Shown in pieces: positions 8,959 through 17,480 of a DNA stretch of 64,000 nucleotides. The stretch is from Phormidesmis sp. Its GTDB lineage: Bacteria > Cyanobacteriota > Cyanobacteriia > Leptolyngbyales > Leptolyngbyaceae. The notes under the pieces are model-generated. The model was not told where the DNA came from. It searched no databases and saw only the letters and a list, made by a program, of their open reading frames with translations. A program made the position numbers and the translations under genes. Location of the stretch: contig CBDFJR010000005.1 in assembly GCA_965248535.1 (NCBI GenBank), positions 2,080,001-2,144,000 of the forward strand, in the 5' to 3' direction. Positions within the stretch are counted from its first letter, which is position 1, and each line of letters opens with the position of its first letter.

Positions 8959-10530
8959 ATGACTTCTGTTGCGATCGACTTTGGCACCACTAACACCGTT
9001 GTCAGCATTCTCGAAGCCGATACCCAAACGCCCAAAACGATTCGCTTTCCTGCCATTTCAAGGCTGTTAAACGATGGAGAAATTCCCGTGATTCCGACGC
9101 TGATGTTTGTCAAAAGTGCGGAGCATATCGTGCTGGGTGAACAGGCGCGATATGCACAAAGCGCAACTCCGAAGGAACCGCAGCGTCTAGGCGCGTCTCA
9201 GCCCGATCGCTTGTTCAAAGCATTTAAGCGAGATTTAGCGGCTGATTTTCAACCGCCCGATCGTCAAATTGACGGACAATCCTACAGTGTTGAATGGGTG
9301 TCTGAGCAGTTTCTGCAAACTATTTGGCAACAGCTTCAGCAGCAGCAAATTCACCCCTCTCACGTTATTTTTACGGTTCCGATCGGGGCCTTTGAGCGCT
9401 ATCTAAACTGGTTTCGTCACATAGCAGCGCGACTCGACATGACTGACGTGCGACTTGTTGATGAAGCAACCGCAGCCGCTTTGGGCTATGCCGTGCAGCA
9501 TCCCGGCGCTCTCGTGTTGGTCGTTGACTTTGGCGGTGGCACCCTCGATCTGAGTCTAGTGCGAACCGTGGCGGGATCTGACGTGCAGCGTGCAGAAGTG
9601 TTGGCAAAAGCCGATGCCTACATCGGGGGTGAAGACATCGATCGGTGGATTGTCGAAGCTTATTTGCATCAGATTGGCTCCTCGTGGGCTGAGGTCGGCG
9701 CGATCGGCGCGCAAACCCTGCTAGAGATTGCCGAACGTCTCAAAGTCCGGTTATCCATCGTCGAGGAGGCAAAAGAAAGCTGGCTCGATGAATCTACATA
9801 CATGGCTCACGAACTGCATCTCACCCGATCGCAGCTAGAAGACATTCTCGAAGCCCGGCAGCTATTAGAACAGGTGCGACAATTGTTGGATGAAGTGCTG
9901 ACGATCGCCCACTCAAACGGCATTTCTAAAGCTGACATTGAGCAGGTGTTGTTGGTTGGCGGCAGTTGTTTGATCCCATCTGTGCAGCAACTGATCAGGT
10001 CTTATTTTGGGCGGCAGCGAGTCAAACTCGATAAACCGTTTGAGGCAGTTTGTCACGGTGCATTAGCGATCGGTGCTCTAGCGATCGCGGATTCTCTACG
10101 CCACAGCTACGCGATTCGTCTGTGGGAACCTTACGCCCGATCGTATTCCTATTTTTCGCTATTTGAGCACGGCGATCGCTATCCCTGTCAGCGATCGGAA
10201 CCGCTAATTTTGCAAGCCGCAATTGAGGGACAAACGGAACTTCGTCTCGACATTGGCGAGGTCGCAGTCATCACTCAATCAGAAGTGACATACGACAAAC
10301 AAGGCAGAATGACCAGTATACCGATGCGTCAACAAGAGACCTATCGATCGATCGAAAGCCAGCACAATCAAGTGTGTGTCGCTCACCTCAATCCGCCAGG
10401 ACAGGTGGGCAGCGATCGCATCTCAGTCCAGTTTGAAGTCACCGATCAGCGAGTGTTGACTGCAACAGTTCGGGATTTGTTGACGCAGCAAGTTTTGGTT
10501 GAGCGAGGCGCGATCGCTAAACTGCAATAA
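8959..10530 (+). CDS. Hsp70/DnaK family protein with a divergent, shortened substrate-binding region
   Basis: AIDFGTTNT, DEATAAALGY, VDFGGGTLDLS, IGGEDID, LVGGSCLIP actin-like ATPase motifs; about 523 aa. Confidence 0.85.
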   Translation: MTSVAIDFGTTNTVVSILEADTQTPKTIRFPAISRLLNDGEIPVIPTLMFVKSAEHIVLGEQARYAQSATPKEPQRLGASQPDRLFKAFKRDLAADFQPPDRQIDGQSYSVEWVSEQFLQTIWQQLQQQQIHPSHVIFTVPIGAFERYLNWFRHIAARLDMTDVRLVDEATAAALGYAVQHPGALVLVVDFGGGTLDLSLVRTVAGSDVQRAEVLAKADAYIGGEDIDRWIVEAYLHQIGSSWAEVGAIGAQTLLEIAERLKVRLSIVEEAKESWLDESTYMAHELHLTRSQLEDILEARQLLEQVRQLLDEVLTIAHSNGISKADIEQVLLVGGSCLIPSVQQLIRSYFGRQRVKLDKPFEAVCHGALAIGALAIADSLRHSYAIRLWEPYARSYSYFSLFEHGDRYPCQRSEPLILQAAIEGQTELRLDIGEVAVITQSEVTYDKQGRMTSIPMRQQETYRSIESQHNQVCVAHLNPPGQVGSDRISVQFEVTDQRVLTATVRDLLTQQVLVERGAIAKLQ

Positions 10531-10639
10531 AAGATTGTTGGTTGTGTCCCAAATCGATTTTGCTGATGACTTAGCAGTGAAGGTCAGCAGCGATCGGTTT
10601 TAGGAGCAGCAATTCATCACCATTTTTGATGAAAACTGA

Positions 10640-10702
10640 AGGGAGATACACGGAAAGTTCCGGGGTCTTCGCCCAAATTAGGGAGATATACAGAAAGTTT
10701 CC
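10640..10702. repeat. Imperfect 22-bp direct repeat, 40-bp period (AGGGAGATACACGGAAAGTTCC / AGGGAGATATACAGAAAGTTTCC)
   Basis: Read directly at 10640 and 10680. Confidence 0.75.
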
Positions 10703-10808
10703 GTCTAATCAACAGTTAGCTGTCTTTCAGTCGTTGGTAAGGGAGTAGTTGAATATTATTTGTGAGATGATTGAGGTTAGCTTAACCTATCGCCTTTGAT
10801 AGAGCGTT

Positions 10809-10858
10809 GATCGGGCGTAAAACCCATGTGCCTTGCGCCTTGGGATGTAAGCCCGGTC
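10809..10858. mobile_element. Imperfect hairpin resembling an IS200/IS605 subterminal palindrome
   Basis: GATCGGGC-GTAAAACCCA..TGGGATGTAA-GCCCGGTC nested stems; assignment is by resemblance only. Confidence 0.4.
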
Positions 10859-10878
10859 GGTGACGAGTTGATAGCTTG

Positions 10879-11870
10879 GGTAGTGCCATTTAGGAAAGGA
10901 TAGGGAAAATAAGCTGGTTCTGTATGATCCTCTGTCGTCGTTGTTCATTAGACCTGTTGTGAAATAGCGTTCAAAATCGCTGAAACCTTTATGCTGTCTA
11001 GCTTCTAGAGCTTTTTCGGTAGATCGCTCGAAACGATTGCTCCGACTGGCTTCCAGGCACTTGTGATCTTATTTCGCAACAACTCTATTGTAGTAGTGGA
11101 TAAAGTTCCAGATAGCCTTGATGTGATTGTTCAAGTTCTTCGAGAACGACAAGGTTTTGCGAACTAACCGAGAGACTCGTTGGCGTAAGGTATTGTTGAA
11201 TCGCTCAATGTAACTAGTCAGCCCACTGTCTTTGCCTACCGCTCGATGTCGCTGACGTGGGATCGCAACTGGGTAGGACACCCAGAAATCGCCATAACAG
11301 ACCGCACATTGCCGGTACACTGCTGGCAACGAGCGCCAAAGCGCTTTGGCGGATTCTCCTGATCGGTCGCCGATATAACAGCCGACGATCTCGCGCGTTT
11401 CGACATCCAAAGCTAGCCAGACCCACTGTTCGTTGCCTTTGTCATCCACAAATGACCACAACTCGTCCATCTGCACTGTCAGTCGTCGTCGAGACTTCGG
11501 TTGCACTTGCACTGGTTGAGGAACGCTCGCATAGTAGTCATTCACGTATTGCTGGAGCCAGCTTTCACTGATTTGCAAACTTCGAGCAATCCCAGCGAGC
11601 GGAATCTTTTCCAGAAGCATTCGATCAATCATCGATTTAGTTTCGTCACTGATCCGTCTCCACTTGGGATGTTCCACGAACTGTCGTCCACAGTCGCGAC
11701 ATTTATAGTTCTGATTCCCATGCCGAGTCGTACCGTTCTTGTTAATGTCATGGGAGCCACAGTTTGGACAGTGCAGCAGCGGTTTGATCATCCGTATTGT
11801 CAGGAAAACAAGTCTACTTTTCTATTCTCGCTCGTTCTTTTTTCTACGTCCTTCCCTAAATGGCACTACC
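10879..11870 (-). mobile_element. IS1-family insertion sequence, 992 bp
   Basis: 22-bp terminal inverted repeats GGTAGTGCCATTTAGG(A/G)AAGGA with one mismatch; contains the transposase ORF; no target-site duplication. Confidence 0.9.
11069..11791 (-). CDS. IS1 family transposase (InsA-InsB in a single ORF)
   Basis: Zn ribbon CPNC..YKCRDCGRQF, HTH, DDE core MDELWSFV..YGDFW..IERFNNTLRQR. Confidence 0.92.
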   Translation of the reverse strand: MIKPLLHCPNCGSHDINKNGTTRHGNQNYKCRDCGRQFVEHPKWRRISDETKSMIDRMLLEKIPLAGIARSLQISESWLQQYVNDYYASVPQPVQVQPKSRRRLTVQMDELWSFVDDKGNEQWVWLALDVETREIVGCYIGDRSGESAKALWRSLPAVYRQCAVCYGDFWVSYPVAIPRQRHRAVGKDSGLTSYIERFNNTLRQRVSRLVRKTLSFSKNLNNHIKAIWNFIHYYNRVVAK

Positions 11871-11871
11871 G

Positions 11872-12078
11872 AAAAGCGGAGGCGCGCAGTATGTGAGAAC
11901 GGCTCTATGGCGGTGGGTGAAAATGACGATCGTGATTGCCAAACGCCACGATACCCCAGAGCTTGAATACCTTCAGAAGCACTATGAAGAAGCCGAGGGA
12001 AAGCACAATCAGCGAGTTATGAAAGTAGCATCAAAAGCAAGTCGAATGCTTTACCGAGCGCTTCTCAAGTCACTATGA
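11872..12078 (+). pseudogene. C-terminal remnant of an IS110-like transposase, truncated by IS1
   Basis: KSGGAQYVRTALWRWV..KVASKASRMLYRALL resembles IS110 C-termini; the ORF track ATG at 11860 lies inside the IS1 inverted repeat. Confidence 0.5.
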
Positions 12079-12303
12079 GACAAACAGGAATTCTATTCTG
12101 GAGAACTCTTTTTTAGAGTTTCTTGTAAGGAGTATTAAGAGGCGTGTCTGATTGTATAATTAGCTACATGTTGTTGACAGCCAAATGCTCTGAACTCTTA
12201 TTAACTAGTCAGAGATGCAGAAGACAACGATCGGGCTTGACTTTGCCGATGAGACAATTACAAGCTAGCTCGAACCTCTATCCAAAGACATAGGCATTTC
12301 TTA

Positions 12304-12321
12304 TTTACAAAAATTAACACG
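12304..12321 (+). promoter_or_regulatory. HLR1-like (RpaB) direct repeat upstream of the hli gene
   Basis: TTTACAAA-AA-TTAACACG fits (G/T)TTACA(T/A)(T/A)-N2 repeat; hli genes are known RpaB targets. Confidence 0.55.
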
Positions 12322-12493
12322 GCGGTCGCTGGGATCAGGTTCCCTAGCGGTTTTGATGACAGTGCTTGCGTCAAAAGGTATGCGCTAGTTAGTCAGGAAT
12401 AGTCAAAGAGGTTAATCCCATTGGGGGAAAGCAGCGATCGAGGGTTTAGATAACATGTGAAGCATGGTCAAGAACACATCTGGAGCTACTAAC

Positions 12494-12697
12494 ATGGAAA
12501 CTCGTAAAAGCACCGATTTACCTCCTGTCGCAACTGCTTATAACGGCAAAGACCGCAACTCGTTTCTGTTTGGCTGGAACCCTCAGGCTGAACTGTGGAA
12601 CGGTCGTTTTGCAATGATTGGTTTCACGGCCTACTTGCTGTGGGATCTAGCTGGATACAGCGTAGTACGCGATGTTCTCCACTTCGTTGGATATTAG
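12494..12697 (+). CDS. hli: High-light inducible protein (Hli/SCP)
   Basis: GWNPQAELWNGRFAMIGF chlorophyll-binding ExxNGRxAMxG motif; GGAG RBS. Confidence 0.9.
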   Translation: METRKSTDLPPVATAYNGKDRNSFLFGWNPQAELWNGRFAMIGFTAYLLWDLAGYSVVRDVLHFVGY

Positions 12698-12731
12698 TCT
12701 ATAGACTGATTGGAGAATCTGTTAAATAGCC

Positions 12732-12790
12732 GTTAAAAGCCCTGGCAGCCATGCGCTGCTGGGGTTTAACTTTGTGAGAGTTTTTTGTTT
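12732..12790 (+). terminator. Probable intrinsic terminator after hli
   Basis: GTTAAAAGCCCTGGCAGC..GCTGCTGGGGTTTAAC stem followed by T-rich sequence. Confidence 0.55.
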
Positions 12791-12906
12791 GCGTTGAGCG
12801 TCTAATATCTTGTTAAAAGATAGATTTAAACAGTGAGAGACAGCCATGACCAACCATGACTGTCTCCTACTCATCTATCGAATCTCAGTGCTATTCACGT
12901 ATTGAT

Positions 12907-13308
12907 TTACGCAGGAAGCAACACTGCATCAATGATGTGGATAACGCCATTATCAGCAGCAACATCAGGGGTAACAACCGTAGAATCGTTCACCTTGACA
13001 CCATTGGAGGCATCAATTTTTACCTCTGAACCTTCAACGGTTTTGGCTGATTTCAGCTTGACCACATCAGCCGCCATCACCTTGCCTGAGACAACGTGGT
13101 AGGTCAGGATTTTCTTAAGCTTAGGCAGATCTTGAAGCAATGCTTCAACAGTCCCCGCGGGGAGTTTGGCAAATGCTTCGTCGGTGGGCGCAAAAACGGT
13201 GAAGGGGCCTGCGCCCTTGAGCGTGTCTACTAGCCCAGCAGCCTTAATTGCAGTAACTAGGGTGCTGAAAGAACCAGCGTTAACGGCAGTCTCAATGATG
13301 TCAGCCAT
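12907..13308 (-). CDS. Fasciclin (FAS1) domain protein
   Basis: [37 protein letters not shown]. Confidence 0.93.
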   Translation of the reverse strand: MADIIETAVNAGSFSTLVTAIKAAGLVDTLKGAGPFTVFAPTDEAFAKLPAGTVEALLQDLPKLKKILTYHVVSGKVMAADVVKLKSAKTVEGSEVKIDASNGVKVNDSTVVTPDVAADNGVIHIIDAVLLPA

Positions 13309-13355
13309 GGGTGTTCCTAGTTTGTTTTGTGTATGCCGCTACAATCTAGCATGGT

Positions 13356-13373
13356 TTAACAAAAATTTACATC
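13356..13373. promoter_or_regulatory. HLR1-like (RpaB) repeat upstream of the fasciclin gene
   Basis: TTAACAAA-AA-TTTACATC. Confidence 0.4.
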
Positions 13374-13615
13374 AACCAAATTATCTACTTGAAATTGCCA
13401 ATTCGCATGAGTTTGATGAAATTTCTGGCGGCGATCGTCTATCCAGAGCGCATCCAATTCAAGGCAACTGAAGAACGTACCGGACTGAATGTTCTGATGA
13501 GACAGATTCGATAGGGTTCTGAGATCTGACTCAATGCTTAGACTGTGGCTGAACTATTGCTAAAGTAAGTTACATTTTGAGCGTTGAAGTATCAACTTTA
13601 ATCTCCATAAACTTG

Positions 13616-14863
13616 ATGAAAGCACTACTCCGCACTGTTTTGACTCTAGGGATTTTGATGCTGCCTGCTCACGGGACGGCGGCTCAATCCCCTGCCCCTT
13701 CATCACCTCAGCCGACTCTGGCACCTCAACAGCGAGAAGAAGTGCAAAGGCTGATTGAGCAAGCGACTGATAAAAACAATCAGATGAGCGATCGGGTGCA
13801 GCAATCCGTCAACAACACCTTTGGCTGGACAACAGGATTGCTCAACTCACTGATTGCAGTTTTAGTTGCAATGCCCGTGTTGACGGTGATCGCAGCGCTA
13901 ATATTACGCAATAGCATTCGCGGCCAACTGATTTCTGAGATTAAGAAACAATTGGAAGTAGAAACGGAAAAAGAGGTAAAAGAACAATTAAAAGTGCAAG
14001 TGACTGAAGAATTGCAAAAACAGGTCGAAGATTTTAAGCAATATTTAGAAACTTTAAAATCAGACTTTGTAAAGCAACTGCAAGACCTAGTTTTAACCGC
14101 ACAAACCGAGAAAGAGGTCATTTTTCTAGAATTGTCTAAAATCACGCCATCGATTATTCAAGAGGAGTTTGTTGCGCCCGAAGTGCATCAAAAAATTCAA
14201 GAGCTGACGAAACAGCTTGAGTTTTTAACTTCCCTTAATCCTCAGTTAGCTTTGACAGCTAATGATTATCTAAAACAGGCAGATGCTCTTTATTTTGAGA
14301 GTCGATATGACGACGCTTTAGAGTCTTATGAAAAGGCACTGCAAATTCAACCCGCTATGATCGCGGCATGGTTAGGAAAAGCTAAAATTTTGAGGCGCGT
14401 GAAGCGCTACGATGAGGCACTTTTTGCCAACCAAAAAGTTTTAGAAATTCAGCCTGATCACTCTAAAGGCATCTTTGGGTTGGGCTACACTCTCAGAGAT
14501 ATGGGGCGTTATGAAGAAGCGATCGCGGCTTTTGATCAGTCGCTAAAAATTCAGCCCAATAGTCATCACAACTGGAAGCATCGGGGCTATTCGCTCACTA
14601 AGCTAGGTCGTTATGACGAAGCATATAGCTCGTTTGAAAAGGCCTTAAAGCTGAAGCCAAACTCTGGAGGGACTTACTACAATCGCGCTTTTTACTATCT
14701 TTCTCTAGACGATGTAGATGCTGCAATCTTAGATTTGCAGAAAGCGATCGGGTCGTCGTCTTACTATATAAGACTGAGAGAGGTTGCAAAAACCGATCCC
14801 GATTTTGACCCGATTCGAGAGGACGATCGCTTCAAAAAACTGATAGGAATTCAGTCCCTATAA
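13616..14863 (+). CDS. TPR-repeat protein with signal peptide, TM helix and coiled coil
   Basis: Several YxxAxxxxxKAL TPR units in the C-terminal half, ending [16 protein letters not shown]. Confidence 0.8.
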   Translation: MKALLRTVLTLGILMLPAHGTAAQSPAPSSPQPTLAPQQREEVQRLIEQATDKNNQMSDRVQQSVNNTFGWTTGLLNSLIAVLVAMPVLTVIAALILRNSIRGQLISEIKKQLEVETEKEVKEQLKVQVTEELQKQVEDFKQYLETLKSDFVKQLQDLVLTAQTEKEVIFLELSKITPSIIQEEFVAPEVHQKIQELTKQLEFLTSLNPQLALTANDYLKQADALYFESRYDDALESYEKALQIQPAMIAAWLGKAKILRRVKRYDEALFANQKVLEIQPDHSKGIFGLGYTLRDMGRYEEAIAAFDQSLKIQPNSHHNWKHRGYSLTKLGRYDEAYSSFEKALKLKPNSGGTYYNRAFYYLSLDDVDAAILDLQKAIGSSSYYIRLREVAKTDPDFDPIREDDRFKKLIGIQSL

Positions 14864-15730
14864 ATATTTCTTCAATAATAGACCTAGCCGTTTTTTAGCA
14901 GCATCAGAAACTTTATCCATCGGCGTGAGAATGGCATATTTTAATGCAGAATGAGCTTCAGAAGTGGGCGGATTTTCGGTTAACCGCCGCACTGTTTCTT
15001 GAATGACTTTCTGGGCATTGACAGCGTTGCGTTGCAGATTTCCGATCACCATCTCCACCGTTACATTGTCGTGGTCAGAATGCCAACAGTCATAATCAGT
15101 TACTAGCGCCAGCGTTGCATAAGCAATTTCGGCCTCTCTCGCCAGTTTTGCTTCAGGGAGATTAGTCATGCCGATAATCGTGGCACTCCAACTGCGGTGC
15201 AAGTTTGATTCTGCCTTCGTCGAAAACGCCGGCCCTTCCATGCAAACATAAGTGCCACCTCGATGCAGTGCCACGTCTGCCAGGTTGAGACTCTCAACCG
15301 AGTCGCCCAGCACCTTCGCCAAGTTGAGACAAATGGGATCGCCAAAGGCAACGTGCGCCACAATGCCATCGCCAAAAAATGTGGAAATGCGATTTTTGGT
15401 ACGATCGATAAACTGATCGGGCACGACCATATCCAACGGTTTCGCCTCTTCTTTAAGCGAACCCACTGCCGAGGCTGAGATCAGATATTCTACGCCCAAA
15501 CTTTTCATCGCGTAGACATTAGCTCGGAAGGGCAACTCAGAGGGCAGCAAATGGTGATTTCGCCCATGTCGGGCTAAAAATGCGACTCGCGTTCCATCGA
15601 GGGTGCCGACGATCAGGGCATCTGATGGCGACCCAAAAGGGGTTTCAACCTGCACTTCTTCTACGTCTTTTAGCGCCTCCATTTTATAAAGTCCGCTGCC
15701 GCCGATAATGCCGATTTTTGCTTGAGCCAT
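14858..15730 (-). CDS. mtnP: S-methyl-5'-thioadenosine phosphorylase
   Basis: [40 protein letters not shown]. Confidence 0.93.
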   Translation of the reverse strand: MAQAKIGIIGGSGLYKMEALKDVEEVQVETPFGSPSDALIVGTLDGTRVAFLARHGRNHHLLPSELPFRANVYAMKSLGVEYLISASAVGSLKEEAKPLDMVVPDQFIDRTKNRISTFFGDGIVAHVAFGDPICLNLAKVLGDSVESLNLADVALHRGGTYVCMEGPAFSTKAESNLHRSWSATIIGMTNLPEAKLAREAEIAYATLALVTDYDCWHSDHDNVTVEMVIGNLQRNAVNAQKVIQETVRRLTENPPTSEAHSALKYAILTPMDKVSDAAKKRLGLLLKKYL

Positions 15731-16039
15731 GAGTAGGAAGGGTGAGAAAGTCGATTCGGAACTTATTCTACTGTGTTTCGCTGCGAGTGGTCTATCGTGG
15801 GAAGGGCGAGCCAATCACCACACGACTTCAAGAAACTGTAGAGCAAAATCCAGAACAATGGAGACAGGCATCTCAAAGCGGTTGACAGGGGCACAAGGCG
15901 CTGCACCCGATCGCCAAAGTTAAATTTCAGATCCGATCGCCCTGTTCAACAGAGGCATCGGGTTCCGGTTTTGATTCGGATGTACAAACCTTTGAAATTA
16001 ATGTACCTGCTAAGATGGGCATTACGTGGAGTGACTGGA

Positions 16040-16216
16040 ATGCCTACTGCTGCTCAATTGGAGAGTTTATATTTCGTTGGCTATCAGTTGACATACACAA
16101 TGTTTCAGCCGATTCACCTGATTTGCGTTGATAAACGGACTCAAAACGTGTATGTCATAGCTGGATACAATGAGGGACTTGAGTTTCAGATCTTGCCAAA
16201 TGGGGAGGTGTTTTGA
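16040..16216 (+). CDS. Small DUF6888-like protein
   Basis: MPTAAQL..LTYTMFQPIHLICVDKRTQNVYVIAG..ILPNG; coupled to the next ORF. Confidence 0.6.
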   Translation: MPTAAQLESLYFVGYQLTYTMFQPIHLICVDKRTQNVYVIAGYNEGLEFQILPNGEVF

Positions 16217-16425
16217 TGAGCCAAGTTAACTACGATGCAATGTCTGATACAGAATTAAAGCAGTACTTTCTGAAAAATCGCCACGATCAAGCTGCTCTTG
16301 AGGCGTATTTGGACAGGCTGAATCAACGACCACGATTAATCATTGCAAGTCCAGGAGATCCCGATTTCAACGAAAAAATTCAAGCCGCAATTCGTCAAAA
16401 GCTGAAAGCATTGGAAGGCCATTAA
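16213..16425 (+). CDS. Small DUF6887-like protein
   Basis: NYDAMSDTELKQYFLKNRHDQAALEAYLDRL; GGAGG RBS inside the upstream gene. Confidence 0.65.
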   Translation: MMSQVNYDAMSDTELKQYFLKNRHDQAALEAYLDRLNQRPRLIIASPGDPDFNEKIQAAIRQKLKALEGH

Positions 16426-16910
16426 TCCAGCTTTGACGGAGTGCTATCTTGATGTTTCAACAACCAAACCCCGGTGTAAGTCATTCCTGAATCGTCGGGC
16501 TGCACCAGCAGGAAATGTAGACCTTTGCTAACTTGTTTGCGCTGCTCGTAGAGTTGGGCTGCCGATCGCACTTCAGGATCATCAAAGGTTGCAACAATCC
16601 AGCGATCGACCTCCCCGGCTTCTAAAATCAGCCCATCGGGTGCCCCCGCGATCGCATTCAGCGAAATCGGACACGCCGCTTGCAGCCATCGAGCCAATTG
16701 CAGCGATCGCCGCCCCCCATCAATCACTACCCCTGGCACTGCCACGTCTGAGGCGAGTCCTAGTTTGATAGGCGTGAGATCATCAGGCATTTCGACAATG
16801 GGAATCAGCCGTCCTGCAAAGGCTTCAGAAAGCTCGATCGCGGATAAGGCCGCAAATCGCCAGCGCTCACCCCAAAGATTTTCGGGCAACGGTTGAGGAG
16901 GATTTTTCAT
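16422..16910 (-). CDS. Tab2/Atab2-like RNA-binding protein, C-terminal portion only
   Basis: PQPLPENLWGERWRFAAL..PGVVIDGGRRS..GLHFLLVQPDDSG..TGVWLL. Confidence 0.7.
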   Translation of the reverse strand: MKNPPQPLPENLWGERWRFAALSAIELSEAFAGRLIPIVEMPDDLTPIKLGLASDVAVPGVVIDGGRRSLQLARWLQAACPISLNAIAGAPDGLILEAGEVDRWIVATFDDPEVRSAAQLYEQRKQVSKGLHFLLVQPDDSGMTYTGVWLLKHQDSTPSKLD

Positions 16911-16968
16911 AAAATTGGGTCAGAACTGAGCCAGCGTGCAAACAGACTCGATAACGCTACTTCACACT

Positions 16969-17223
16969 TTACTCTTCTGGGGTGTCGTCGTTCTGCTGCA
17001 AGCTGCGTTCTAAATAGAGATTGATGAAATCTTCAGCAGCCGAATCGTCAATTTTCTCCAAAGCTTTAATCACCTCAGTCACCGCTTCGGCAAGGGGATC
17101 GCTGATTTCATTAACCCATTGGTGAACGGTTGAACGGTTGATGCCCATCGTCACCGCCAATCGATTCTGGCTAATGTTGTAGGTAGTCAGCACTTGTCTA
17201 AGCGCTTTTCCTGCTTTTCCCAT
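16969..17223 (-). CDS. XRE-family HTH regulator
   Basis: MGKAGKALRQVL..ISQNRLAVTMGINRSTVHQWV. Confidence 0.82.
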   Translation of the reverse strand: MGKAGKALRQVLTTYNISQNRLAVTMGINRSTVHQWVNEISDPLAEAVTEVIKALEKIDDSAAEDFINLYLERSLQQNDDTPEE

Positions 17224-17480
17224 AGTCTCGATCGTGTCAGATGCTCGTGGCAAAATAAAGGGTTGTCGCGATTAATATTCTTATCTATTGACAGAAAGTT
17301 AGAGGCGATGCGAATGGATCAGTGCCAGATCAAATCATTCGATACTTCGTCTCGGTCAGCAAGATGTTTGGAATCTTTACCCCTGAAAACTCACGCTAAA
17401 TAGGCTTTAGAATTGGAGAAAATGTTCAGGTTATAAAGCCCAACAACGCTGGTCGCTTGTTCAACAAGTGTATTGATAGT

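Noticed and set aside
10640..10760. Possible CRISPR mini-array or known riboswitch
   Set aside because: Only two imperfect units with an 18-bp spacer, no cas genes, and no match to riboswitch consensus that I can recognise.
11860..12078. 72-aa ORF as an independent gene
   Set aside because: Its ATG is inside the IS1 inverted repeat; better explained as a truncated transposase tail.
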